A DNA stretch of 64,000 nt, from NCBI GenBank assembly GCA_040954595.2, contig CM082579.2, positions 740,922-804,921 of the forward strand, in the 5' to 3' direction. Source of the DNA: Balanoglossus misakiensis. Its lineage: Eukaryota; Animalia; Hemichordata. The notes beneath the pieces were generated by a model. The model searched no databases and had not been told where the DNA came from. It worked only from the letters and a program-made list of their open reading frames with translations. The position numbers and the translations under genes are program-made. Shown in pieces: positions 1 to 14,200 of the stretch (positions within the stretch are counted from its first letter, which is position 1; the number at the start of each line of letters is the position of its first letter).

Positions 1-2237
1 GATTTTCCTGAGCTATAACCCATGATTTTTTCAAAAAATGACCAAATTTCGAAAGTTCGCAAAGTCGAAAAATCGTCGATTTTTGACGATTTTCCTGAGC
101 TATAACCCATGATTTTTTCAAAAATTGACCAAATTTCGAAAGTTCGCAAAGTCTAAAAATCGTCGATTTTTGACGATTTTCCTGAGCTTTAACCCATGAA
201 TTTTTCAAAAAATGACCAAATTTCGAAAGTTCGCAAAGTCGAAAAATCGTCGATTTTTGACGATTTTCCTGAGCTATAACCCATGATTTTTTCAAAAAAT
301 GACCAAATTTCGAAAGTTCGCGAAGTCGAAAAATCGTCGATTTTTGACGATTTTCCTGAGCTATAACCCATGATTTTTTCAAAAAATGACCAAATTTCGA
401 AAGTTCGCAAAGTCGAAAAATCGTCGATTTTTGACGATTTTCCTGAGCTATAACCCATGATTTTTTAAAAAAATGACCAAATTTCGAAAGTTCGCAAAGT
501 CTAAAAATCGTCGATTTTTGACGATTTTCCTGAGCTTTAACCCATGAATTTTTCAAAAAATGACCAAATTTCGAAAGTTCGCAAAGTCGAAAAATCGTCG
601 ATTTTTGACGATTTTCCTGAGCTATAACCCATGATTTTTTCAAAAAATGACCAAATTTCGAAAGTTCGCGAAGTCGAAAAATCGTCGATTTTTGACGATT
701 TTCCTGAGCTATAACCCATGATTTTTTCAAAAAATGACCAAATTTCGAAAGTTCGCAAAGTCGAAAAATCGTCGATTTTTGACGATTTTCCTGAGCTATA
801 ACCCATGATTTTTTCAAAAAATGACCAAATTTCGAAAATTCGCAAAGTCGAAAAATCGTCGATTTTTGACGATTTTCCTGAGCTATAACCCATGATTTTT
901 TCAAAAAATGACCAAATTTCGAAAGTTCGCAAAGTCGAAAAATCGTCGATTTTTGACGATTTTCCTGAGCTATAACCCATGATTTTTTCAAAAAATGACC
1001 AAATTTCGAAAGTTCGCAAAGTCGAAAAATCGTCGATTTTTGACGATTTTCCTGAGCTATAACCCATGATTTTTTCAAAAAATGACCAAAATCCGAAAAT
1101 CCGCAAAGTCGAAAAATCGTCGATTTTTGACGATTTTCCTGAGCTATAACCCATGATTTTTTCAAAAAATGACCAAATTTCGAAAGTTCGCAAAGTCGAA
1201 AAATCGTCGATTTTTGACGATTTTCCTGAGCTATAACCCATGATTTTTTCAAAAAATGACCAAATTTCGAAAGTTCGCAAAGTCGAAAAATCGTCGATTT
1301 TTGACGATTTTCCTGAGCTATAACCCATGATTTTTTCAAAAATTGACCAAATTTCGAAAGTTCGCAAAGTCTAAAAATCGTCGATTTTTGACGATTTTCC
1401 TGAGCTTTAACCCATGAATTTTTCAAAAAATGACCAAATTTCGAAAGTTCGCAAAGTCGAAAAATCGTCGATTTTTGACGATTTTCCTGAGCTATAACCC
1501 ATGATTTTTTCAAAAAATGACCAAATTTCGAAAGTTCGCAAAGTCGAAAAATCGTCGATTTTTGACGATTTTCCTGAGCTATAACCCATGATTTTTTCAA
1601 AAAATGACCAAATTTCGAAAATTCGCAAAGTCGAAAAATCGTCGATTTTTGACGATTTTCCTGAGCTATAACCCATGATTTTTTCAAAAAATGACCAAAT
1701 TTCGAAAGTTCGCAAAGTCGAAAAATCGTCGATTTTTGACGATTTTCCTGAGCTATAACCCATGATTTTTTCAAAAAATGACCAAATTTCGAAAATTCGC
1801 AAAGTCGAAAAATCGTCGATTTTTGACGATTTTCCTGAGCTATAACCCATGATTTTTTCAAAAAATGACCAAATTTCGAAAGTTCGCAAAGTCAAAAAAT
1901 CGTCGATTTTTGACGATTTTCCTGAGCTATAACCCATGATTTTTTTCAAAAAATGACCAAATTTCGAAAATTAGCAAAGTCGAAAAATCGTCGATTTTTG
2001 ACGATTTTCCTGAGTTATAACCCATGATTTTTTCAAAAAATGACCAAATTTCGAAAGTTCGCAAAGTCGAAAAATCGTCGATTTTTGACGATTTTCCTGA
2101 GCTATAACCCATGATTTTTTCAAAAAATGACCAAATTTCGAAAGTTCGCAAAGTCGAAAAATCGTCGATTTTTGACGATTTTCCTGAGCTACAACCCATG
2201 ATTTTTTCAAAAAATGACCAAATTTCGAAAGTTCGCG
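1..2237 (-). repeat. 87-bp tandem satellite, left arm (~26 monomers visible, continues beyond window start), reverse orientation relative to the main array
   Basis: The monomer GATTTTCCTGAGCTATAACCCATGATTTTTTCAAAAAATGACCAAATTTCGAAAGTTCGCAAAGTCGAAAAATCGTCGATTTTTGAC recurs every 87 nt (1, 88, 175...). It is the reverse complement of the monomer downstream of 2240. Confidence 0.98.
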
Positions 2238-5200
2238 AAATCGTGAAAAATCGGCGATTTTTCGACTTTGCGAATTTTGGAAATTTGGTCATTTTTTGAA
2301 AAAATCATGGGTTATAGCTCAGAAAAATCGTGAAAAATCGACGATTTTTCGACTTTGCGAATTTTGGAAATTTGGTAATTTTTTGAAAAAATCATGGGTT
2401 ATAGCTCAGGAAAATCGTGAAAAATCGACGATTTTTCGACTTTGCGAACTTTCGAAATTTGGTCATTTTTGAAAAAATCATGGGTTATAGCTCAGGAAAA
2501 TCGTGAAAAATCGACGATTTTTCGACTTTGCGAACTTTCGAAATTTGGTCATTTTTTGAAAAAATCATGGGTTATAGCTCAGGAAAATCGTGAAAAATCG
2601 ACGATTTTTCGACTTTGCGAACTTTCGAAATTTGGTCATTTTCTGAAAAATCATGGGTTATAGCTCAGGAAAATCGTGAATAATCGACGATTTTTCGACT
2701 TTGCGAACTTTCGAAATTTGGTCATTTTCTGAAAAAATCATGGGTTATAGCTCAGGAAAATCGTGAAAAATCGACGATTTTTCGACTTTGCGAACTTTCG
2801 AAATTTGGTCATTTTCTGAAAAAATCATGGGTTATAGCTCAGGAAAATCGTGAAAAATCGACGATTTTTCGACTTTGCGAACTTTCGAAATTTGGTCATT
2901 TTTTGAAAAAATCATGGGTTATAGCTCAGGAAAATCGTGAAAAATCGACGATTTTTCGACTTTGCGAACTTTCGATATTTGGTCATTTTTTGAAAAAATC
3001 ATGGGTTATAGCTCAGGAAAATCGTGAAAAATCGACGATTTTTCGACTTTGCGAACTTTCGAAATTTGGTCATTTTCTGAAAAAATCATGGGTTATAGCT
3101 CAGGAAAATCGTGAAAAATCGACGATTTTTCGACTTTGCGAACTTTCGAAATTTGGTCATTTTTTGAAAAAATCATGGGTTATAGCTCAGGAAAATCGTG
3201 AAAAATCGACGAATTTTCGACTTTGCGAACTTTCGAAATTTGGTCATTTTTTGAAAAAATCATGGGTTATAGCTCAGGAAAATCGTGAAAAATCGACGAT
3301 TTTTCGACTTTGCGAATTTTCGAAATTTGGTCATTTTTTGAAAAAATCATGGGTTATAGCTCAGGAAAATCGTCAAAAATCGACGATTTTTCGACTTTGC
3401 GAACTTTCGAAATTTGGTCATTTTCTGAAAAAATCATGGGTTATAGCTCAGGAAAATCGTGAAAAATCGACGATTTTTCGACTTTGCGAACTTTCGAAAT
3501 TTGGTCATTTTTTGAAAAAATCATGGGTTATAGCTCAGGAAAATCGTGAAAAATCGACGATTTTTCGACTTTGCGAACTTTCGAAATTTGGTCATTTTTT
3601 GAAAAAATCATGGGTTATAGCTCAGGAAAATCGTGAAAAATCGACGATTTTTCGACTTTGCGAACTTTCGAAATTTGGTCATTTTTTGAAAAAATCATGG
3701 GTTATAGCTCAGGAAAATCGTGAAAAATCGACGATTTTTCGACTTTGCGAATTTTGGAAATTTGGTCATTTTTTGAAAAAATCATGGGTTATAGCTCAGG
3801 AAAATCGTCAAAAATCGACGATTTTTCGACTTTGCGAATTTTGGAAATTTGGTCATTTTTTAAAAAAAATCATGGGTTATAGCTCAGGAAAATCGTGAAA
3901 AATCGACGATTTTTCGACTTTGCGAAATTAGGAAATTTGGTCATTTTTTGAAAAAATCATGGGTTATAGCTCAGGAAAATCGTGAAAAATCGACGATTTT
4001 TCGACTTTGCGAACTTTGGAAATTTGGTCATTTTTTGAAAAAATCATGGGTTATAGCTCAGCAAAATCGTGAAAAATCGACGATTTTTCGACTTTGCGAA
4101 CTTTCGAAATATGGTCATTTTTTGAAAAAATCATGGGTTATAGCTCAGGAAAATCGTGAAAAATCGACGATTTTTCGACTTTGCGAACTTTCGAAATTTG
4201 GTCATTTTTTGAAAAAATCATGGGTTATAGCTCAGGAAAATCGTGAAAAATCGACGATTTTTCGACTTTGCGAACTTTCGAAATTTGGTCATTTTTGAAA
4301 AAATCATGGGTTATAGCTCAGGAAAATCGTGAAAAATCGACGATTTTTCGACTTTGCGAACTTTCGAAATTTGGTCATTTTCTGAAAAATCATGGGTTAT
4401 AGCTCAGGAAAATCGTGAATAATCGACGATTTTTCGACTTTGCGAACTTTCGAAATTTGGTCATTTTCTGAAAAAATCATGGGTTATAGCTCAGGAAAAT
4501 CGTGTAAAATCGACGATTTTTCGACTTTGCGAACTTTCGAAATTTGGTCATTTTCTGAAAAAATCATGGGTTATAGCTCAGGAAAATCGTGAAAAATCGA
4601 CGATTTTTCGACTTTGCGAACTTTCGAAATTTGGTCATTTTTTGAAAAAATCATGGGTTATAGCTCAGGAAAATCGTGAAAAATCGACGATTTTTCGACT
4701 TTGCGAACTTTCGAAATTTGGTCATTTTTGAAAAAATCATGGGTTATAGCTCAGGAAAATCGTGAAAAATCGACGATTTTTCGACTTTGCGAACTTTCGA
4801 AATTTGGTCATTTTTTGAAAAAATCATGGGTTATAGCTCAGGAAAATCGTGAAAAATCGACGATTTTTCGACTTTGCGAACTTTCGAAATTTGGTCATTT
4901 TCTGAAAAATCATGGGTTATAGCTCAGGAAAATCGTGAATAATCGACGATTTTTCGACTTTGCGAACTTTCGAAATTTGGTCATTTTCTGAAAAAATCAT
5001 GGGTTATAGCTCAGGAAAATCGTGAAAAATCGACGATTTTTCGACTTTGCGAACTTTCGAAATTTGGTCATTTTCTGAAAAAATCATGGGTTATAGCTCA
5101 GGAAAATCGTGAAAAATCGACGATTTTTCGACTTTGCGAACTTTCGAAATTTGGTCATTTTTTGAAAAAATCATGGGTTATAGCTCAGGAAAATCGTGAA

Positions 5201-8200
5201 AAATCGACGATTTTTCGACTTTGCGAACTTTCGATATTTGGTCATTTTTTGAAAAAATCATGGGTTATAGCTCAGGAAAATCGTGAAAAATCGACGATTT
5301 TTCGACTTTGCGAACTTTCGAAATTTGGTCATTTTCTGAAAAAATCATGGGTTATAGCTCAGGAAAATCGTGAAAAATCGACGATTTTTCGACTTTGCGA
5401 ACTTTCGAAATTTGGTCATTTTTTGAAAAAATCATGGGTTATAGCTCAGGAAAATCGTGAAAAATCGACGAATTTTCGACTTTGCGAACTTTCGAAATTT
5501 GGTCATTTTTTGAAAAAATCATGGGTTATAGCTCAGGAAAATCGTGAAAAATCCACGATTTTTCGACTTTGCGAATTTTCGAAATTTGGTCATTTTTTGA
5601 AAAAATCATGGGTTATAGCTCAGGAAAATCGTGAAAAATCGACGATTTTTCGACTTTGCGAACTTTCGAAATTTGGTCATTTTCTGAAAAAATCATGGGT
5701 TATAGCTCAGGAAAATCGTGAAAAATCGACGATTTTTCGACTTTGCGAACTTTCGAAATTTGGTCATTTTTTGAAAAAATCATGGGTTATAGCTCAGGAA
5801 AATCGTGAAAAATCGACGATTTTTCGACTTTGCGAACTTTCGAAATTTGGTCATTTTTTGAAAAAATCATGGGTTATAGGTCAGGAAAATCGTGAAAAAT
5901 CGACGATTTTTCGACTTTGTGAACTTTCGAAATTTGGTCATTTTTTGAAAAAATCATGGGTTATAGCTCAGGAAAATCGTGAAAAATCGACGATTTTTCG
6001 ACTTTGCGAATTTTGGAAATTTGGTCATTTTTTGAAAAAATCATGGGTTATAGCTCAGGAAAATCGTGAAAAATCGACGATTTTTCGACTTTGCGAATTT
6101 TGGAAATTTGGTCATTTTTTAAAAAAAATCATGGGTTATAGCTCAGGAAAATCGTGAAAAATCGACGATTTTTCGACTTTGCGAATTTTGGAAATTTGGT
6201 CATTTTTTAAAAAAAATCATGGGTTATAGCTCAGGAAAATCGTGAAAAATCGACGATTTTTCGACTTTGCGAAATTAGGAAATTTGGTCATTTTTTGAAA
6301 AAATCATGGGTTATAGCTCAGGAAAATCGTGAAAAATCGACGATTTTTCGACTTTGCGAACTTTGGAAATTTGGTCATTTTTTGAAAAAATCATGGGTTA
6401 TAGCTCAGCAAAATCGTGAAAAATCGACGATTTTTCGACTTTGCGAACTTTCGAAATATGGTCATTTTTTGAAAAAATCATGGGTTATAGCTCAGGAAAA
6501 TCGTGAAAAATCGACGATTTTTCGACTTTGCGAACTTTCGAAATTTGGTCATTTTTTGAAAAAATCATGGGTTATAGCTCAGGAAAATCGTGAAAAATCG
6601 ACGATTTTTCGACTTTGCGAACTTTCGAAATTTGGTCATTTTTTGAAAAAATCATGGGTTATAGCTCAGGAAAATCGTGAAAAATCGACGATTTTTCGAC
6701 TTTGCGAACTTTCGAAATTTGGTCATTTTTTGAAAAAATCATGGGTTATAGCTCAGGAAAATCGTGAAAAATCGACGATTTTTCGACTTTGCGAACTTTC
6801 GAAATTTGGTCATTTTCTGAAAAAATCATGGGTTATAGCTCAGGGAAATCGTGAAAAATCGACGATTTTTCGACTTTGCGAACTTTCGAAATTTGGTCAT
6901 TTTTTGAAAAAATCATGGGTTATAGCTCAGGAAAATCGTGAAAAATCGACGATTTTTCGACTTTGCGAACTTTCGAAATTTGGTCATTTTTTGAAAAAAT
7001 CATGGGTTATAGCTCAGGAAAATCGTGAAAAATCGACGATTTTTCGACTTTGTGAACTTTCGAAATTTGGTCATTTTTTGAAAAAATCATGGGTTATAGC
7101 TCAGGAAAATCGTCAAAAATCGACGATTTTTCGACTTTGCGAACTTTCGAAATTTGGTCATTTTTTGAAAAAATCATGGGTTATAGCTCAGGAAAATCGT
7201 GAAAAATCGACGATTTTTCGACTTTGCGAACTTTCGAAATTTGGTCATTTTTTGAAAAAATCATGGGTTATAGCTCAGGAAAATCGTGAAAAATCGACGA
7301 TTTTTCGACTTTGCGAACTTTCGAAATTTGGTCATTTTCTGAAAAAATCATGGGTTATAGCTCAGGAAAATCGTGAAAAATCGACGATTTTTCGACTTTG
7401 CGAACTTTCGAAATTTGGTCATTTTTTGAAAAAATCATGGGTTATAGCTCAGGAAAATCGTGAAAAATCGACGATTTTTCGACTTTGCGAACTTTCGAAA
7501 TTTGGTCATTTTTTGAAAAAATCATGGGTTATAGCTCAGGAAAATCGTGAAAAATCGACGATTTTTCGACTTTGCGAACTTTCGAAATTTGGTCATTTTT
7601 TGAAAAAATCATGGGTTATAGCTCAGGAAAATCGTCAAAAATCGACGATTTTTCGACTTTGCGAACTTTCGAAATTTGGTCATTTTTTGAAAAAATCATG
7701 GGTTATAGCTCAGGAAAATCGTGAAAAATCGACGATTTTTCGACTTTGCGAAATTAGGAAATTTGGTCATTTTTTGAAAAAATCATGGGTTATAGCTCAG
7801 GAAAATCGTGAAAAATCGACGATTTTTCGACTTTGCGAACTTTCGAAATTTGGTCATTTTTTGAAAAAATCATGGGTTATAGCTCAGGAAAATCGTGAAA
7901 AATCGACGATTTTTCGACTTTGCGAACTTTCGAAATTTGGTCATTTTTTGAAAAAATCATGGGTTATAGCTCAGGAAAATCGTCAAAAATCGACGATTTT
8001 TCGACTTTGCGAACTTTCGAAATTTGGTCATTTTTTGAAAAAATCATGGGTTATAGCTCAGGAAAATCGTGAAAAATCGACGATTTTTCGACTTTGCGAA
8101 TTTTGGAAATTTGGTCATTTTTTGAAAAAATCATGGGTTATAGCTCAGGAAAATCGTGAAAAATCGACGATTTTTCGACTTTGCGAACTTTCGAAATTTG

Positions 8201-11200
8201 GTCATTTTTTGAAAAAATCATGGGTTATAGCTCAGGAAAATCGTGAAAAATCGACGATTTTTCGACTTTGCGAACTTTCGAAATTTGGTCATTTTTTGAA
8301 AAAATCATGGGTTATAGCTCAGGAAAATCGTGAAAAATCGACGATTTTTCGACTTTGCGAACTTTCGAAATTTGGTCATTTTTTGAAAAAATCATGGGTT
8401 ATAGCTCAGGAAAATCGTGAAAAATCGACGATTTTTCGACTTTGCGAACTTTCGAAATTTGGTCATTTTTTGAAAAAACCATGGGTTATAGCTCAGGAAA
8501 ATCGTGAAAAATCGACGATTTTTCGACTTTGCGAACTTTCGAAATTTGGTCATTTTTTGAAAAAATCATGGGTTATAGCTCAGGAAAATCGTGAAAAATC
8601 GACGATTTTTCGACTTTGCGAATTTTGGAAATTTGGTCATTTTTTGAAAAAATCATGGGTTATAGCTCAGGAAAATCGTGAAAAATCGACGATTTTTCGA
8701 CTTTGCGAATTTTGGAAATTTGGTCATTTTTTGAAAAAATCATGGGTTATAGCTCAGGAAAATCGTGAAAAATCGACGATTTTTCGACTTTGCGAAATTA
8801 GGAAATTTGGTCATTTTTTGAAAAAATCATGGGTTATAGCTCAGGAAAATCGTGAAAAATCGGCGATTTTTCGACTTTGCGAATTTTGGAAATTTGGTCA
8901 TTTTTTGAAAAAATCATGGGTTATAGCTCAGGAAAATCGTGAAAAATCGACGATTTTTCGACTTTGCGAACTTTCGAAATTTGGTCATTTTTTGAAAAAA
9001 TCATGGGTTATAGCTCAGGAAAATCGTGAAAAATCGACGATTTTTCGACTTTGCGAACTTTCGAAATTTGGTCATTTTTTGAAAAAATCATGGGTTATAG
9101 CTCAGGAAAATCGTGAAAAATCGACGATTTTTCGACTTTGCGAACTTTCGAAATTTGGTCATTTTTTGAAAAAATCATGGGTTATAGCTCAGGAAAATCG
9201 TGAAAAATCGACGATTTTTCGACTTTGCGAATTTTGGAAATTTGGTCATTTTTTGAAAAAATCATGGGTTATAGCTCAGGAAAATCGTGAAAAATCGACG
9301 ATTTTTCGACTTTGCGAAATTAGGAAATTTGGTCATTTTTTGAAAAAATCATGGGTTATAGCTCAGGAAAATCGTGAAAAATCGGCGATTTTTCGACTTT
9401 GCGAATTTTGGAAATTTGGTCATTTGTTGAAAAAATCATGGGTTATAGCTCAGGAAAATCGTGAAAAATCGACGATTTTTCGACTTTGCGAACTTTCGAA
9501 ATTTGGTCATTTTTTGAAAAAATCATGGGTTATAGCTCAGGAAAATCGTGAAAAATCGACGATTTTTCGACTTTGCGAACTTTCGAAATTTGGTCATTTT
9601 TTGAAAAAATCATGGGTTATAGCTCAGGAAAATCGTGAAAAATCGACGATTTTTCGACCTTTCGAAATTTGGTCATTTTTTGAAAAAATCATGGGTTATA
9701 GCTCAGGAAAATCGTGAAAAATCGACGATTTTTCGACTTTGCGAACTTTCGAAATTTGGTCATTTTTTGAAAAAATCATGGGTTATAGCTCAGGAAAATC
9801 GTGAAAAATCGACGATTTTTCGACTTTGCGAATTTTGGAAATTTGGTCATTTTTTGAAAAAATCATGGGTTATAGCTCAGGAAAATCGTGAAAAATCGAC
9901 GATTTTTCGACTTTGCGAATTTTGGAAATTTGGTCATTTTTTGAAAAAATCATAAGTTATAGCTCAGGAAAATCGTGAAAAATCGACGATTTTTCGACTT
10001 TGCGAACTTTCGAAATTTGGTCATTTTTTGAAAAAATCATGGGTTATAGCTCAGGAAAATCGTGAAAAATCGACGATTTTTCGACTTTGCGAACTTTCGA
10101 AATTTGGTCATTTTTTGAAAAAATCATGGGTTATAGCTCAGGAAAATCGTGAAAAATCGACGATTTTTCGACTTTGCGAAATTAGGAAATTTGGTCATTT
10201 TTTGAAAAAATCATGGGTTATAGCTCAGGAAAATCGTGAAAAATCGACGATTTTTCGACTTTGCGAATTTTCGAAATTTGGTCATTTTTTGAAAAAATCA
10301 TGGGTTATAGCTCAGGAAAATCGTGAAAAATCGACGATTTTTCGACTTTGCGAACTTTCGAAATTTGGTCATTTTTTGAAAAAATCATGGGTTATAGCTC
10401 AGGAAAATCGTGAAAAATCGACGATTTTTCGACTTTGCGAACTTTCGAAATTTGGTCATTTTCTGAAAAAATCATGGGTTATAGCTCAGGAAAATCGTGA
10501 AAAATCGACGATTTTTCGACTTTGCGAACTTTCGAAATTTGGTCATTTTTTGAAAAAATCATGGGTTATAGCTCAGGAAAATCGTGAAAAATCGACGATT
10601 TTTCGACTTTGCGAACTTTCGAAATTTGGTCATTTTTGAAAAAATCATGGGTTATAGCTCAGGAAAATCGTGAAAAATCGACGATTTTTCGACTTTGCGA
10701 ACTTTCGAAATTTGGTCATTTTTTGAAAAAATCATGGGTTATAGCTCAGGAAAATCGTGAAAAATCGACGATTTTTCGACTTTGCGAACTTTCGAAATTT
10801 GGTCATTTTTTGAAAAAATCATGGGTTATAGCTCAGGAAAATCGTGAAAAATCGACGATTTTTCGACTTTGCGAACTTTCGAAATTTGGTCATTTTTTGA
10901 AAAAATCATGGGTTATAGCTCAGGAAAATCGTGAAAAATCGACGATTTTTCGACTTTGCGAACTTTCGAAATTTGGTCATTTTTTGAAAAAATCATGGGT
11001 TATAGCTCAGGAAAATCGTGAAAAATCGACGATTTTTCGACTTTGCGAACTTTCGAAATTTGGTCATTTTTTGAAAAAATCATGGGTTATAGCTCAGGAA
11101 AATCGTGAAAAATCGACGATTTTTCGACTTTGCGAATTTTGGAAATTTGGTCATTTTTTTTAAAAAATCATGGGTTATAGCTCAGGAAAATCGTGAAAAA

Positions 11201-14200
11201 TCGACGATTTTTCGACTTTGCGAACTTTCGAAATTTGGTCATTGTTTGAAAAAATCATGGGTTATAGCTCAGGAAAATCGTGAAAAATCGACGATTTTTC
11301 GACTTTGCGAACTTTCGAAATTTGGTCATTTTTTGAAAAAATCATGGGTTATAGCTCAGGAAAATCGTGAAAAATCGACGATTTTTCGACTTTGCGAACT
11401 TTCGAAATTTGGTCATTTTTTGAAAAAATCATGGGTTATAGCTCAGGAAAATCGTGAAAAATCGACGATTTTTCGACTTTGCGAACTTTTGATATTTGGT
11501 CATTTTTTGAAAAAATCTTGGGTTATAGCTCAGGAAAATCGTGAAAAATCGACGATTTTTCGACTTTGCAAACTTTCGAAATTTGGTCATTTTTTGAAAA
11601 AATCATGGGTTATAGCTCAGGAAAATCGTGAAAAATCGACGATTTTTCGACTTTGCGAACTTTCGAAATTTGGTCATCTTTTGAAAAAATCATGGGTTAT
11701 AGCTCAGGAAAATCGTGAAAAATCGACGATTTTTCGACTTTGCGAACTTTCGAAATTTGGTCATTTTTTGAAAAAATCATGGGTTATAGCTCAGGAAAAT
11801 CGTCAAAAATCGACGATTTTTCGACTTTGCGAACTTTCGAAATTTGGTCATTTTTTGAAAAAATCATGGGTTATAGCTCAGGAAAATCGTGAAAAATCGA
11901 CGATTTTTCGACTTTGCGAATTTTGGAAATTTGGTCATTTTTTGAAAAAACCATGGGTTATAGCTCAGGAAAATCGTCAAAAATCGACGATTTTTCGACT
12001 TTGCGAATTTTGGAAATTTGGTCATTTTTTGAAAAAATCATGGGTTATAGCTCAGGAAAATCGTGAAAAATCGACGATTTTTCGACTTTGCGAAATTAGG
12101 AAATTTGGTCATTTTTTGAAAAAATCATGGGTTATAGCTCAGAAAAATCGTGAAAAATCGGCGATTTTTCGACTTTGCGAATTTTGGAAATTTTGTAATT
12201 TTTTGAAAAAATCATGGGTTATAGCTCAGGAAAATCGTGAAAAATCGACGATTTTTCGACTTTGCGAACTTTCGAAATTTGGTCATTTTTTGAAAAAATC
12301 ATGGGTTATAGCTCAGCAAAATCGTGAAAAATCGACGATTTTTCGACTTTGCGAACTTTCGAAATTTGGTCATTTTTTGAAAAAGTCATGGGTTATAGCT
12401 CAGGAAAATCGTGAAAAATCGACGATTTTTCGACTTTGCGAACTTTCGAAATTTGGTCATTTTTTGAAAAAATCATGGGTTATAGCTCAGGAAAATCGTG
12501 AAAAATCGACGATTTTTCGACTTTGCGAACTTTCGAAATTTGGTCATTTTTTGAAAAAATCATGGGTTATAGCTCAGGAAAATCGTGAAAAATCGACGAT
12601 TTTTCGACTTTGCGAACTTTCGAAATTTGGTCATTTTCTGAAAAAATCATGGGTTATAGCTCAGGAAAATCGTGAAAAATCGACGATTTTTCGACTTTGC
12701 GAACTTTCGAAATTTGGTCATTTTTTGAAAAAATCATGGGTTATAGCTCAGGAAAATCGTGAAAAATCGACGATTTTTCGACTTTGCGAACTTTCGAAAT
12801 TTGGTCATTTTTGAAAAAATCATGGGTTATAGCTCAGGAAAATCGTGAAAAATCGACGATTTTTCGACTTTGCGAACTTTCGAAATTTGGTCATTTTTTG
12901 AAAAAATCATGGGTTATAGCTCAGGAAAATCGTGAAAAATCGACGATTTTTCGACTTTGCGAACTTTCGAAATTTGGTCATTTTTTGAAAAAATCATGGG
13001 TTATAGCTCAGGAAAATCGTGAAAAATCGACGATTTTTCGACTTTGCGAACTTTCGAAATTTGGTCATTTTTTGAAAAAATCATGGGTTATAGCTCAGGA
13101 AAATCGTGAAAAATCGACGATTTTTCGACTTTGCGAACTTTCGAAATTTGGTCATTTTTTGAAAAAATCATGGGTTATAGCTCAGGAAAATCGTGAAAAA
13201 TCGACGATTTTTCGACTTTGCGAATTTTGGAAATTTGGTCATTTTTTGAAAAAATCATGGGTTATAGCTCAGGAAAATCGTGAAAAATCGACGATTTTTC
13301 GACTTTGCGAATTTTGGAAATTTGGTCATTTTTTGAAAAAATCATGGGTTATAGCTCAGGAAAATCGTGAAAAATCGACGATTTTTCGACTTTGCGAACT
13401 TTCGAAATTTGGTCATTTTTTGAAAAATTCATGGGTTATAGCTCAGGAAAATCGTGAAAAATCGACGATTTTTCGACTTTGCGAACTTTCGAAATTTGGT
13501 CATTTTTTGAAAAAATCATGGGTTATAGCTCAGGAAAATCGTGAAAAATCGACGATTTTTCGACTTTGCGAACTTTCGAAATTTGGTCATTTTTTGAAAA
13601 AATCATGGGTATAGCTCAGGAAAATCGTGAAAAATCGACGATTTTTCGACTTTGCGAACTTTCGAAATTTGGTCATTTTTTGAAAAAATCATGGGTTATA
13701 GCTCAGGAAAATCGTGAAAAATCGACGATTTTTCGACTTTGCGAACTTTCGAAATTTGGTCATTTTTTGAAAAAATCATGGGTTATAGCTCAGGAAAATC
13801 GTGAAAAATCGACGATTTTTCGACTTTGCGAACTTTCGAAATTTGGTCATTTTTTGAAAAAATCATGCGTTATAGCTCAGGAAAATCGTGAAAAATCGAC
13901 GATTTTTCGACTTTGCGAATTTTCGAAATTTGGTCATTTTTTGAAAAAATCATGGGTTATAGCTCAGGAAAATCGTGAAAAATCGACGATTTTTCGACTT
14001 TGCGAACTTTCGAAATTTGGTCATTTTTTGAAAAAATCATGGGTTATAGCTCAGGAAAATCGTGAAAAATCGACGATTTTTCGACTTTGCGAACTTTCGA
14101 AATTTGGTCATTTTTTGAAAAAATCATGGGTTATAGCTCAGGAAAATCGTGAAAAATCGACGATTTTTCGACTTTGCGAATTTTGGAAATTTGGTCATTT

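Noticed and set aside
2240-2330. CENP-B box in the monomer (TTCG motifs)
   Set aside because: TTCG is present, but the required TTCG-N4-A-N2-CGGG pattern is not found on either strand.
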